A DNA stretch of 64,000 bases, taken from positions 640,001 to 704,000 of the forward strand of contig OY970343.1 of assembly GCA_963717525.1 (NCBI GenBank). The letters run 5' to 3'. Of the stretch, positions 1 to 10,811 are shown one piece after another. Origin of the DNA: an uncultured Methanoregulaceae archaeon. Its GTDB lineage: Archaea; Halobacteriota; Methanomicrobia; Methanomicrobiales; Methanospirillaceae. Under the pieces are notes generated by a model that was not told the DNA's origin, searched no databases, and saw only the letters and a list, made by a program, of their open reading frames with translations. A program made the position numbers and the translations under genes. Numbering within the stretch: position 1 is the stretch's first letter; each line of letters starts with the position of its first letter.

Positions 1-2
1 TT

Positions 3-1310
3 GCTGAAAAGATCGGCGCAGCATTTGCAACCCTTATGAAATGCGGCACGATTGCGGTGGGCAGGGACTGCCGCCCTTCATCGCCTGCCCTTGCATCTGC
101 GTTTATCCGGGGGTACACCGGGGCCGGGGGCGCTGTCACCGATTTTGGTATGACAAGCTCCCCGCTTCTCTATTTTGTTCTCATCAAAGGAAAATTTGAT
201 GGCGGGGCCATGGTAACCGCGTCCCACCTCCCACCGGCCACAAACGGCATCAAGCTCTGCCGTGAACAGGCGATCCCCCTCTCCGGCGACGAAGGCCTGC
301 CGGCACTCCAGCGGATGGTTGAGGAGATGTCCGTGAGAGCGGGACGCGTACCTGCTCAGCCGGCTACCGGCTGGTACAGGACCGGGGATCTGACCGGTTC
401 CTACATTGATATGGTGGCCGGCTTCATCCGCGACCCGCGGCCCCTAACGATCGCGATTGACGCCGGTGATGGGATGGCAGGACCGGAAATACAACCGTTA
501 TTTTCAAAATTTCCCTCCCTTATCCCGGTAGCCATCAACCTTGAACCCGATGGCCGGTTCCCCCATCATAGCCCAAACCCGTTCCTAACGACCGCGACAG
601 ACGAGCTTGCGGCCCTTGTCCGGGACAATGGCGCAGACTTTGGGGTCGCGTTCGACGGGGACGCAGACAGGTGCATTTTTGTCGATGAGCGGGGAGAACG
701 GATCCCCGCCGATCTCGTCACCGCCCTGATCGCGGCCTCGTATCTCGTACAAGTGTCGGGTGCGACCTTCCTCTACGACCTGCGTTCGAGCCGGGTGGTG
801 GCCGAAACAATAACACATCTTGGAGGCCGTGCAATCCGCTGCCGGGTGGGTCACGCTTTTATCCGGGAGCAGATGCGGCGGGAGAACGCCCTCTTTGCCG
901 GCGAGCTCTCGGGCCACTACTATTTCCGGGACACAGGGTTCTGCGACAACGGTATTTTTGCCATGGTCCAGATGACAAACCTTCTTTCGCTCAAAGACCG
1001 GCCGCTCTCGGATCTTATCGCGCCCCTGAAAAAATATTCCTCCACCGGTGAGATCAACATAAGGACGGGCCACAGAGACGAGATCATGGAGGTCCTCATG
1101 GCCCGGTATCCTGATGCGAAGACCGACACGCTTGACGGCCTCACCATAGAGTACCCGGCGTGGTGGTTCAACCTGAGATCGTCCAATACCGAACCGCTCA
1201 TCCGGCTCAACCTTGAGGCAGGTACAAAGGCCGGCAGGGACAAACGGCTGGCCGAAGTCATGAGGGTTATCAGAGACGCCGATCCGGCGATGGAGATTGA
1301 AACAGGATAA
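3..1310 (+). CDS. Phosphomannomutase/phosphoglucomutase (5' end lies outside the window)
   Basis: Motifs TASHLP (phosphoserine loop), FDGDADR (metal site), GELSGH and NLRSSNTEP. The frame is open from nt 3, so the true start is upstream. Confidence 0.93.
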   Translation, partial: AEKIGAAFATLMKCGTIAVGRDCRPSSPALASAFIRGYTGAGGAVTDFGMTSSPLLYFVLIKGKFDGGAMVTASHLPPATNGIKLCREQAIPLSGDEGLPALQRMVEEMSVRAGRVPAQPATGWYRTGDLTGSYIDMVAGFIRDPRPLTIAIDAGDGMAGPEIQPLFSKFPSLIPVAINLEPDGRFPHHSPNPFLTTATDELAALVRDNGADFGVAFDGDADRCIFVDERGERIPADLVTALIAASYLVQVSGATFLYDLRSSRVVAETITHLGGRAIRCRVGHAFIREQMRRENALFAGELSGHYYFRDTGFCDNGIFAMVQMTNLLSLKDRPLSDLIAPLKKYSSTGEINIRTGHRDEIMEVLMARYPDAKTDTLDGLTIEYPAWWFNLRSSNTEPLIRLNLEAGTKAGRDKRLAEVMRVIRDADPAMEIETG

Positions 1311-1401
1311 CCAAAAAGCCCGCGTGGCCAGGGCCGGCGGTGGGGCCCCGGGAGCCGGATGGCCCGGTTTTCCCCGGAGTACTCGCCGGAGAAGATTCCT
1401 G

Positions 1402-2602
1402 TTATGGTGCCGGTCCCTGTTTATCGGCCAGCACCGCTACTCCCGGCAGGGTCTCACCGGAAAGGAACCGGAGGAAGGCGCCCCCCCCGGTGGAAACATG
1501 GGTCATTTTTTTTGCAAGCCCAAACCGATTTACCGCTTCGGCCGTGGAACCCCCTCCGATTACCGTTGTACCACCGAGACCGGCTGAGGACCTTTGCGAT
1601 GTCTTTTGTCCCTTTGGAAAACTGCGGGATCTCGAATACCCCCATCGGGCCGTTCCAGGCCACGGTCCGGCATTGTTGAAGTTCGCGGGTAAATACTGCA
1701 AGGGTGAGCGGTCCGATGTCTGCTATCCGGTACCCGTCAGGGATTTGGCCTGATGCTACGATCCGGAATGCCGCGCCGGGTTCAGGTTTTGCGGTGACAA
1801 CGACATCATCGGGGAGCAGGATCCGTACACCAAGGGTTTTTGCTTGTTTTGTGACAGTCTCCACCTGCACAATTGTACCAGGCTCCTCCGGGAAGCCTCC
1901 ATCTGAAGGATTCCGGACCTGTAAAAACGCGGCCGCCGCCCCACCGCCGATGAGGACAAGATCCACGTGAGGAATAATATTTTCCAGGATCCCGATCTTC
2001 TCTTCCACTTTAGCCCCACCGAGAATAAGTGCAAAAGGCCGGGGAGGATCCTCAAAAAGACTGCTCAGCTGCTCTATCTCTTTTTCCATGAGAAGACCCG
2101 CGACACACGGGAGGTGTGCGGCGATCCCGACCACAGATGCATGGGCCCGGTGGCTCGCACCGAAAGCGTCGTTGACATAGAGGTCTGCCAAACGAGAGAG
2201 GTCGCGGGCAAAACCGGGATCATTCTCCTCCTCCCCCGGGTAAAACCTCAGGTTTTCCAGCATAACGATGTCGCCGTCCTGCATGGCGGATACTGCCTGC
2301 TCCACCGTGGGCCCGACAGCCTCCCGCAACGCTTTGACCGGTATACTCATGAGTTCTGACAGGCGCCGGGCCACGGGCCCCAGCCGGAGGGGGCCGTTCA
2401 CCCTGCCATGGGGCCTGCCCAGATGGGAGCAGAGGATGATCCGGGCCCCGTGACCGGCAAGGTATATGATCGTCGGAAGACAGGCACGGATGCGGCTGTC
2501 GTCCTCGATCTTCCCGTCAGGGTCGAGGGGCACATTGAAATCCACCCGCACAAGCACCCGTTTTCCGCGAACCTCCACATCCTTTATTGTCTGTTTCTGC
2601 AT
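1402..2602 (-). CDS. pgk: Phosphoglycerate kinase, bacterial type; +1 frameshift near 1585
   Basis: [34 protein letters not shown] and WNGPMGVFE motifs. The C-terminal GGGST...HVSTGGGA...LPGV part is in ORF 1402..1701. Confidence 0.95.
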
Positions 2603-2860
2603 TTTTTTATCCCCCCCACCGCAATTTTCTGGAAAACGCTCGTGTACGTATCACCGGTTACCCGGTCCTGAAATATAAATGCGGCAGGAACGTTTCTTTT
2701 CGTGAAACAACGGGAAGGATACATGGCTGATTGCCGGGCAGATTTTTTGTGATAAAGTACTCCGGCAGCCATGGCCCCCTGTTCCTGTCATGACTACCCG
2801 CATACCGGATGGATAGCGAAACATTTTCGTTCCGGGAGAGATCATAACCACTGACAGACC

Positions 2861-3939
2861 ATGCCAGTGATGAAGATACGCGGCGGCGATCTCGATCTCG
2901 TGGAGTACGAGTTCCGGACATTCCTTCCCGGAGAGGTCACAAAAACGCTCGGACTTGAGAAGAACAGATACCGGCTGCACAAAAAAAAGGCAAAGTCGTG
3001 GTGAAGGCACCGGCCCGGATCCATCTTTCGGTCCTTGATATGAACCGGTTTGCCCCGGACCATGCCGGCGGCGGGGGTATCGGCTTTGCGATCCAGTGCT
3101 ACTGTACTGCCGAAGTGGAGTGCACCCGGCAGGGACTTGTGATCGATTACGACCGGTCCGCCATCATCGAGAATTTTGTGGCGGTCTTTTCTAAGGCGGT
3201 AGGCTACACAGGTGGTTTCAGGATCAAGGCGACCGATCACGAGCGCAAACATGTCGGCCTCGGCTCGACGAGCACCGTGATGATCGCGGTGGCGACAGCC
3301 TTAAACGAGGCAGTTGGCGCCCCGCTCTCGAACGCGGAGCTGCGCTCGCTCATCGGCCACAACTACGTCGAGGAGACCGCCGAGGGCACCATTGCGTTTG
3401 GGTTCGAAACCGGCGTCGGGCCGGCAGCAAGCACCCATGGTGGGATGGCGGTCATGGGCGACGAGCTTGTGCTCGTGTACCACCACTCGTTTGCAGAAGG
3501 AAAGAACGTCTTTATCGTGGTACCGCCCACGGACATCTCCTCGGCCGGCACAAAAGAGTTCGACCTCCTCATGAACCGGGCAAGGACGCTTGATTACCGG
3601 GACCGGGAACTCAAGGCATATTTCCTCATGATGGATTTTATTCCCGCGCTCGAACACGAGGATCTCAAAAAGATCGGGGATGTTGTCTGGGAGATCGAAT
3701 TCCGGGGCTCCAAACGGGCAGAGATTGAGCACCACAGCTACCGGATCTACCAGTACATGAGCATGCTGCGGGAGGCCGGTCTTGAGTTCGTCGGCATGAG
3801 TTCCGTAGGGCCGTCGATTGCCATCGTGACAGACAAGAGCCGCAAAGAGATCCAGAAGATCCTGTCCCCCTTCGGGCTTGAGATCGCGATTGCCACAAAA
3901 GTTGACAATAACGGCATGACGGTGACATGCAAAAAATAG
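2861..3939 (+). CDS. GHMP-kinase-family protein (beta-RFAP synthase-like paralog); frameshift in A-run at 2981-2988
   Basis: APARIHL, HVGLGSTS and MSSVGP motifs. ATG 2861 gives MPVMKIRGGDLDLVEYEF..., which joins ORF 2998..3939 across the A8 run. Confidence 0.8.
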
Positions 3940-4068
3940 GTAACGACGCTCCGGGGAAATGGATCCTTCTCCCGCAAAAGAAAACGGCAGCACCTATCTC
4001 CCTTTATTTTACAAACGGTCTCTATGCATTACACCAGGATCAGTAAATTCCGAAAAAACCGGGAAAAA

Positions 4069-4728
4069 TTACTGCCCGTTCTCTTTTCTCTTCTGCCAGT
4101 ATGCATTGACGAGCCCGGCAAGAAGTAAGAGGATAGTCCCTGCGGTCACCACGAGCACGAGAAGGAGGAGCAGGTTCATGTTCTCTCTTACGACGGGGAG
4201 CCTGCCGAGGTAATATCCGGAGAGAACCACCGCGAGCGTCCATGCGACAGCGCCGAGCACGTTATAGAAGAGGAACCGGTGGTACTCCATCGTCCCGACA
4301 CCGGCAAGGAACGGCGCAAACGACCGGACGACGGGCACGAACCGGGAGACAAAGATGGTCGCACCGCCGTACTTCTCGTAGAAGGAGTATGTCCTGTCGA
4401 GATACTCTTTTTTAATGAAGTTCGGGAAGCGTTCCTTAAAAACATGCAGACCGATATAGCTGCCCAGCCAGTAATTGACCGTGTCCCCGCAGACGGCCCC
4501 AAGGATAAATACTGCGATCAGGAGGTTGAGGTTTAAGATGCCGCTTGCCGCGATCGCCCCGGAGACAAAGAGCAGGGAGTCTCCGGGAAGGAAAGGTGTG
4601 ACGACAAGGCCGGTCTCAAAAAAGATGATGGCAAAGAGCAGCAGGTACGTCCAGAAGCCATAGCTGTGCACGACTCCAGCCAGGTGCTGGTCAAGATGAA
4701 AGATGAGGCCGGCGAGCGATTCTATCAT
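4069..4728 (-). CDS. DedA/VTT family membrane protein
   Basis: ETGLVVTPFLPGDSLLF, GDTVNYWLG and RFVPVVRSFAPF motifs. Confidence 0.95.
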   Translation of the reverse strand: MIESLAGLIFHLDQHLAGVVHSYGFWTYLLLFAIIFFETGLVVTPFLPGDSLLFVSGAIAASGILNLNLLIAVFILGAVCGDTVNYWLGSYIGLHVFKERFPNFIKKEYLDRTYSFYEKYGGATIFVSRFVPVVRSFAPFLAGVGTMEYHRFLFYNVLGAVAWTLAVVLSGYYLGRLPVVRENMNLLLLLVLVVTAGTILLLLAGLVNAYWQKRKENGQ

Positions 4729-4854
4729 TGATGGTACAGGTACTTTGGCAAACTGCCTATATCAACATGAGGCACTGCACGCCACGCCATAATTTTTGCA
4801 CCCGGGAAGGCTTTAACATTGAACGCCACAACAGGTATGTATCTCCTGATCGCC

Positions 4855-5715
4855 ATGATGCCGAATGCCCGATCCCTCTGCCCGGTTGTCCTGTGCTGCG
4901 TCCTCTGCATCGCGCTCCTCGCTGTAGCGCCGGCGGAGGCATTCACGGCAGATTCCCTCAATATCACGGTGAGTACAAACGGCGACGCGATCGCAGATTT
5001 CCAATATACCCTCAACGGCGTCATTGAGAACGCTATCCCGCTCTCCGTGCTCCAGGACCAGCTGGTCCAGGGGCTTGCCACCAGTTCCGAACCACCGCAG
5101 GTTCTGAGCTTTTCAAAATCAGAGGCAACGCTGCTCTTAAAGAGTTTCGCAGTCACAAACGCAGTTCCCACCGGGACCGAGTACCAGACTGCGCCCATGA
5201 ACTTTAGCAATGCCCAGGCAGCACTCCAGATTTCAGCAGTGAGCTCCGTGATCTCCGCGGATTTTTCACCAAAGATCACCACCGTAACCTTCCCTGACGG
5301 GTATTCCCGCCAGTTCCTCGCTTCATCGGTCCTGCCCAGTATTGACCATATTGTCGTCAATCCTGCACAGGCCGGTGCAGCTCTTACTTCCAGTGTCACA
5401 GCTCCTGGGTCCATCCAGGTCAATACTTCGCCCGAACATACGCAGGTGTTTATCGATTCTGCCTATGTCGGCGAGAGTCCCGGGGTGTTTTCCGGCCTTA
5501 CCCCGGGAGACCACCATCTCACGCTGGAGGCTGACGGTTTTCTCACCCTCTCAAAGAATGTCACGGTGACATCCGGCCAGACTACCCTGTTCGTGGAAAA
5601 CCTGGCGTATGCGGCAACGCCCACACCGCAGTCAGCGGCGCCGGGTGCCGGCATCGTGATTGCATTCCTGTCCCTGACGATGTGCGGCGTGATCCTCCTT
5701 CATCGCACGAAATAA
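4855..5715 (+). CDS. Secreted PEGA-domain surface protein with C-terminal membrane anchor
   Basis: Signal peptide, PEGA pattern GSIQVNTSPEHTQVFID...GESP...PGDHHLTLEADGF, then a TM segment and basic tail. Confidence 0.8.
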   Translation: MMPNARSLCPVVLCCVLCIALLAVAPAEAFTADSLNITVSTNGDAIADFQYTLNGVIENAIPLSVLQDQLVQGLATSSEPPQVLSFSKSEATLLLKSFAVTNAVPTGTEYQTAPMNFSNAQAALQISAVSSVISADFSPKITTVTFPDGYSRQFLASSVLPSIDHIVVNPAQAGAALTSSVTAPGSIQVNTSPEHTQVFIDSAYVGESPGVFSGLTPGDHHLTLEADGFLTLSKNVTVTSGQTTLFVENLAYAATPTPQSAAPGAGIVIAFLSLTMCGVILLHRTK

Positions 5716-5784
5716 TCGTGCATATGCTTTTATCCAGAACCGGCTTTACTCTCACCTGAGCACAGGTACACGAGAGGGCTTCGT

Positions 5785-6522
5785 ATGGCAGGAAAATATG
5801 CATATGCAGGAATGATTATTCTGGTCGTTCTTCTCATCCCCGCTTTCATACCCCTGACAGGTGCCCAAAGCGAAGGCTCCGTTACCCGGAGCCAGGCATT
5901 CACGGTTACGATCACAGGACTACCGAATACTGCTTATTATGTCTGGCTGAGTGGGACATTTTCCCTGAGCGGGGAACCGGGAGAACAGCCGCCGGTTATC
6001 GAAGCCAACCAGTTAAATATTGTGCAGGATCCTCCCGACGGCCCCTATGTTATCGGCTCCTACCGGTATTACAATGGCGGCGGCCGCACGATCCTCGACG
6101 ATGTCGCCCCGTCGTCATCAACGGTATCAAATACCAGTTACTATGCTCAGGTAACCACGGATTCGAGTGGTATTGGCATTGTCACATTCCTGACATCACA
6201 TGACACGGCAGCGCAGTCATTCTCTGTTGTCGCCCGGAACCCGGCAGCGCCCGGCCAGGACGTCAGCATTACGCTTGGCACACCGGCGCAGGCTACGGCA
6301 CCGGTAGCGGCGGTACCAGCGGCAAGTGTCTTCCCGACAGCGGTGCCGACGACAATAATGACGACCGTTCCTGTAGTTAATGCAACACCGGTGACGGCAC
6401 CGTCATTTACCCCTGCCAGTGAACCGGTGAGAACACCGCTTACGGAGACGCCGCTATCCCCGGCCATTACCATCGCAGCTGCAGGAACCGCATTTCTCGT
6501 CTGGGGAAGAAACAGGAGATAG
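5785..6522 (+). CDS. Secreted surface protein with Thr/Pro linker and C-terminal anchor
   Basis: Signal peptide, beta-rich domain, T/P-rich linker, TPLSP + TM + RNRR. Confidence 0.75.
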   Translation: MAGKYAYAGMIILVVLLIPAFIPLTGAQSEGSVTRSQAFTVTITGLPNTAYYVWLSGTFSLSGEPGEQPPVIEANQLNIVQDPPDGPYVIGSYRYYNGGGRTILDDVAPSSSTVSNTSYYAQVTTDSSGIGIVTFLTSHDTAAQSFSVVARNPAAPGQDVSITLGTPAQATAPVAAVPAASVFPTAVPTTIMTTVPVVNATPVTAPSFTPASEPVRTPLTETPLSPAITIAAAGTAFLVWGRNRR

Positions 6523-6748
6523 CAGCAGGTTCAACTTTTTTGCCATAGTGTTCTGGCACGTGGAATCGTAGCTGCCTTCCTGTTGACTGAAAAGCGACGG
6601 ATGCTGTGATTTTGTTACAAAAACAGTTCCGGCACATACATCCAGTTGCCAGAGGAGCCGGCATTATACATACGGTCCACATCTTCCCGATATGCTCCGC
6701 ATGACCGGCGATCCGTCCCGGTACGAAAAAAGAAAAAGAAAAGAATTC

Positions 6749-7246
6749 TTACCGCCGTGACCGGATCGCAAAGATGCCGAGCACGACAAAGGCGCCAAAG
6801 GCGGCAAACGGAGGGCTGCCGGCTGTGGTTGGCGCCGGTGAGACCGGGGCTGCGGTGGTCATTTCAGTTGAAGCGCCTGCCGCGAGCGGGACAAGGTCCA
6901 CCGGGATATTTACGGTCTCGTTCTTTCCCGGGTACTGCGTGATGTTTACTGTCGACATGGCGTAACCGGGTGCCTCAACCGTGATCGTGCGGTACGGTGT
7001 GCCGGTCGTGTAGACACTCACCAGGAGCTGGCCACCGGTGATGACACCTTTGTAATCGGAATCAAAGGTTACGTTTGCCCCTTCGACATTTGACGTGACA
7101 AGGTAGGCCCCTATATCGCCACCGATCAGCTGCGGGGCGGTCGTTGCGCTTGCGGCAACCGTCTGGTTGCCGGATGGTACAGCTGCCAGAGCACAGCCGG
7201 ACAGTGCGATGCACACAAACAGGACAAGAAGGAATACTTTCTTCAT
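6749..7246 (-). CDS. Small secreted PEGA-like surface protein with C-terminal anchor
   Basis: MKK signal peptide, VTSNVEGANVTFD motif, TM + RSRR. Confidence 0.75.
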   Translation of the reverse strand: MKKVFLLVLFVCIALSGCALAAVPSGNQTVAASATTAPQLIGGDIGAYLVTSNVEGANVTFDSDYKGVITGGQLLVSVYTTGTPYRTITVEAPGYAMSTVNITQYPGKNETVNIPVDLVPLAAGASTEMTTAAPVSPAPTTAGSPPFAAFGAFVVLGIFAIRSRR

Positions 7247-7339
7247 AGAATCACTTCACGTGAGGAAGAAAATAAGGTCGTCACGCCATTTAAGGATTCG
7301 CTCTTGATACGACGGCATTCGGGGATAAGCCCGGCAATT

Positions 7340-7972
7340 TCAGGGATTTTTCTTAAACGTGGCCCCAATCTCGGCCCGGGGAAGCGTTTGTCCGCGCACC
7401 GTCATCGTCCAGCGACGGGTGGCGCATTCGCAGGGGGTCAATCCCTGGAAAAGCGCCAGTACTTCATCTTCGGTGAAGTAATGGGTGGCGATCCCGTTTT
7501 TCCGTACAAACGTTCCCGGTTCTGTTTCGCATCCGGTGCCAGCCCGGAAATCCTCGGGCGAAAAACCGGAGAAGAACAGGGTACCCCCGGCCCTGAGCAC
7601 CCGGGCTGCCTCGTGTGCGGAGCGGGCCCGCCCTTCTGCCGGCAGGTGGCCGATCACGTGGAAGGCGACCACGGCATCGAATACTGCATCAAAAAACGGG
7701 AGACTGCGGGCATCGGCTAGGGCGAGCTGCCCGCCCGAACTTCCGGGGGCATGTGCCCGGCAGAGGCGCACTGCAGAGGCCGAGAGATCGATCCCGACCA
7801 CGTCGCTTGTCAGTCCCAGAATGGCCCGGGAGGTCTTCCCGTTCCCGCACCCGAGTTCGAGCACGCGTTCGCCGCGACTGAGCGGGGGCAGATTATGGAC
7901 CGCCCCTCCCCAGACCCTGCCCCGTCGGGAATAATCCTCTTCCCATCGTTCTGCTTCGCGATCCCGGTTCAT
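7340..7972 (-). CDS. Class I SAM-dependent methyltransferase
   Basis: VLELGCGNG motif I, GIDLS, DARSLPF and RVLRAGG motifs. Confidence 0.9.
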   Translation of the reverse strand: MNRDREAERWEEDYSRRGRVWGGAVHNLPPLSRGERVLELGCGNGKTSRAILGLTSDVVGIDLSASAVRLCRAHAPGSSGGQLALADARSLPFFDAVFDAVVAFHVIGHLPAEGRARSAHEAARVLRAGGTLFFSGFSPEDFRAGTGCETEPGTFVRKNGIATHYFTEDEVLALFQGLTPCECATRRWTMTVRGQTLPRAEIGATFKKNP

Positions 7973-8025
7973 AAAATACCTTTTTAGCCGGCAGGTTTCA
8001 TGTGGACCCGGCCCCCATGAAAAAA

Positions 8026-9306
8026 TTATTCCAGGAAGTGATGGGTCAGGTTCATAACGTCGCGGTACGGGATGACCCCGATAAGGTGGTTCTCGTCATC
8101 GATGACCGGAAGCGCCCGGAAACTGTACCGCTCGAATTCCTGTGAGGCCTGCTTGAGCGTACTCCCGGTGTTTAAGGTGATCACGTTCTCTGACATGATC
8201 GCCGAGAGGGGTGCCTTATCATCCGCGATCAGCAGCTCCTTGAGATCGACGACACCAAGCAGGTGATCTCCAGAATCTGCCACGTAGATGTACATGATGA
8301 CATCTTTTCCCCGGGCATGCCGGGGATAATCATTCTGCACATACTCGACCAGTGTGTCCGGGAGGAATTTGAGGATCTTCTGGGTAGTATAATGGATTAC
8401 CTTCTCCTCCTGCTTCTCCATGATCGCGTGTACTTTCTTTGCCGTCTCGGGGTTGAGGGCCTCAAGAATATCCTCGGCGAGGGAATGGGGGATTGCAGAG
8501 AGAACATCTGCTGCCTGCCCGGGGGTCATCGTGCTGATGAGGGGCACCACTTTTGCTATATCAAGTGAGGCGAGGATATCCCGCTGGACGTTTGGCTCGA
8601 TCTCCTCGAGCGTATCCGATGCATGTTCGTTGTCTAGAGAGGTAAAGATCGCCACTCTCTGGTCGTGATCGAGTTCCTCGATGATATCAGCGAGGTCGAC
8701 CGGATGGATCTCCGCGAGGTTATTCTTTAAAACCTTGAGTTTCACGTCACCCTTGAAACTACCGATGTTTGTCGGGAGCGGCTGGATGTAGGTCCAGGAG
8801 ATCATCTGGTCGTCATGAGCATCGGAAGAAACGATCTTTGCAAGCCGCCCGAGACCCATCCTTCTCAGCCGTGCGGATTTTCCTGTATCCACATCGGTCA
8901 CGTAGAGTTTCCTGTTTCTCTGGAGCAGGCGGATATCGTACACGACCTCGACCTCGCTCTCTTCGAGATCGAGGACTTTCTTGTCCATAACGTAGTCCTT
9001 GAGAAGGATCGCGTCCTCGGATGGCTTCCCCTCGTACGGTTCAAGACCGGCAATATCTATAGCGATACGGTGCCCTGCCAGTTCGATGACATTTTCCCAC
9101 GGGATGATAAGGCTCGGGTACCCGAACGACCGCGTGACATAGAGAGATTTTACTTCGGGGATCCGCGAGGTCTCCACAATGATCAGGTCGCTGAGCGTGC
9201 CGATCTTTTTTCCTTTGAGCATGACCGGTACGTTGAGGATCTCGCTTAAGAAGATCTCCTGGTCTGCCGTCTTTGCCGCACCAGCGGCAGTCTCATTGGG
9301 TGTCAT
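8026..9306 (-). CDS. Soluble MgtE-like protein (PRC-barrel-like + MgtE N-domain + CBS pair, no TM domain)
   Basis: HPVDLADIIEEL MgtE-N motif, CBS motifs LLGVVDLKELL and ALPVID..LIGVI, no hydrophobic C-terminus. Confidence 0.85.
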   Translation of the reverse strand: MTPNETAAGAAKTADQEIFLSEILNVPVMLKGKKIGTLSDLIIVETSRIPEVKSLYVTRSFGYPSLIIPWENVIELAGHRIAIDIAGLEPYEGKPSEDAILLKDYVMDKKVLDLEESEVEVVYDIRLLQRNRKLYVTDVDTGKSARLRRMGLGRLAKIVSSDAHDDQMISWTYIQPLPTNIGSFKGDVKLKVLKNNLAEIHPVDLADIIEELDHDQRVAIFTSLDNEHASDTLEEIEPNVQRDILASLDIAKVVPLISTMTPGQAADVLSAIPHSLAEDILEALNPETAKKVHAIMEKQEEKVIHYTTQKILKFLPDTLVEYVQNDYPRHARGKDVIMYIYVADSGDHLLGVVDLKELLIADDKAPLSAIMSENVITLNTGSTLKQASQEFERYSFRALPVIDDENHLIGVIPYRDVMNLTHHFLE

Positions 9307-9536
9307 TACATGCTCCCTCCCGTCACTATCGTATAGAACTTGTAGGCAAGCAGTACCACAAGAAAGAGCAGATACAGCCTGAGCAGCAGGAGGGATGCCT
9401 TTACCGCCGGGGACATGGTGATCTTGGGGTGCGCATACTTCCTGTTGATGGCCACAACCGCAGCCACGCCGTTTGCAAGGACCGTTTTCACCGGTTCAAT
9501 GATGCTGTTTTGTATGGAAAATACCATGATCTTCAC
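9306..9536 (-). CDS. Small membrane protein within the Mg2+ transporter operon
   Basis: Abuts both neighbours; one C-terminal TM segment (LLLLRLYLLFLVVLLAYKF). Confidence 0.7.
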   Translation of the reverse strand: MKIMVFSIQNSIIEPVKTVLANGVAAVVAINRKYAHPKITMSPAVKASLLLLRLYLLFLVVLLAYKFYTIVTGGSM

Positions 9537-9542
9537 CCACCC

Positions 9543-10811
9543 CTACCCGAGCAGTTTCGGGAACAACGTGCTGATGCCGTACAGCGAGGAGACGACAATG
9601 ATGCACGTGACAATCGTTATGTTTGCAATATTATCAAAGAGGGTATTTTTGTATTTCCCCATGACCTCCTCGTTGTTGAGGAGGATGATCAAAAAGACCA
9701 GAGCGGCGGGCAGCAGGGTTACTGCCACGACCTGGACAAAAAGCGTGATGAGCACGAGAGGAGCCCCCGGGATAAGAACAACGGAACCTGCGGTCACCAG
9801 TGCGAAGAAGTAGAAAAGGTAGAACCAGATGGCCTCTTTTACCTTGTAGTTTAAGGAATGCGCCCACCCGAACACCTCGCCAAACGCCCATGAGCTCGTC
9901 AGCGCAATGCAGAGCGCTCCGAGGAATCCTGCATCAAAGAGACCGATGGCAAGCATGGTTCCCACCCAGGGATGCGTGACCATCATGATCTGAGCGGCCT
10001 GAGCAGCGCTCTCCACATCCATCCCATGCAGCAGCGTCCCGGTCACTATAATAATAAAGACTGCAACCAAAACCGTGAAAACAGCCCCTATTGCTGTGTC
10101 AAATTTTCCCCAGGCGATATCTTTCTCCTTCATCTGCTTATCCACGACCGCACTCTGCTGGAAGAAGATCATCCAGGGTGCGATCGTCGTCCCTATGTTG
10201 GCCATTAAAAAGAAGAACAACTCGCCATTGAAGCCGCCCGGAAAATTCGGGATAAGGCCGTTATGGATAACATCGGGGACAGAGGGGTGCACAAGAATTG
10301 CTGCGGGAATATAGATCAGGTTGACCAGGCAGAAAACCATCGTAATCTTCTCCCAGGTCCAGTACCGGCCTGAGATAACGATAGCCATCATGACCGTGAC
10401 CACGATCAGCACCGTGAGCACCGGGGGGACTCCGAATATCGAGAGGCCGGCGGTCATCCCGATAAACTCTGTCACGAGCGTAAGCCAGTTCACAAGGCTC
10501 AGGTCCAGGAGCGAGAACCAGCCCCAGAAAGACCCGAATGCGGAAAAGATCGCCTCTGCATGGCCGTGCTTGGTAACCGCGCCCAAACGTACGGTCATTT
10601 CCTGGACAAAATAGGCGACGGGACCGAGCAGGATCAGAAACCAGATGAGGTTATACCCGAACTTTGCCCCGGTTGCCGCGTACGTGGTGATACCGCCGGC
10701 ATCGTTATCCGCAATCATCACGATAAGACCGGGACCGGCCAGCAACAGGTAGATCTGGATGGTCTTGATTATTCTCCGGTAATTAAAATAGAATCTCGAC
10801 AAAAAATCCAT
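9543..10811 (-). CDS. NRAMP-related divalent cation transporter (NRMT/Mg2+ type)
   Basis: About 11 TM segments. DNDAGG replaces the NRAMP DPGN motif; QEMTVRLG and GTTIAPW motifs. Confidence 0.88.
   Translation of the reverse strand: MDFLSRFYFNYRRIIKTIQIYLLLAGPGLIVMIADNDAGGITTYAATGAKFGYNLIWFLILLGPVAYFVQEMTVRLGAVTKHGHAEAIFSAFGSFWGWFSLLDLSLVNWLTLVTEFIGMTAGLSIFGVPPVLTVLIVVTVMMAIVISGRYWTWEKITMVFCLVNLIYIPAAILVHPSVPDVIHNGLIPNFPGGFNGELFFFLMANIGTTIAPWMIFFQQSAVVDKQMKEKDIAWGKFDTAIGAVFTVLVAVFIIIVTGTLLHGMDVESAAQAAQIMMVTHPWVGTMLAIGLFDAGFLGALCIALTSSWAFGEVFGWAHSLNYKVKEAIWFYLFYFFALVTAGSVVLIPGAPLVLITLFVQVVAVTLLPAALVFLIILLNNEEVMGKYKNTLFDNIANITIVTCIIVVSSLYGISTLFPKLLG

Noticed and set aside
6520..6535. ATAGCAGCA match to the tRNA-Glu 3' end (possible att site)
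   Set aside because: Only 9 nt and in inverted orientation; expected by chance.
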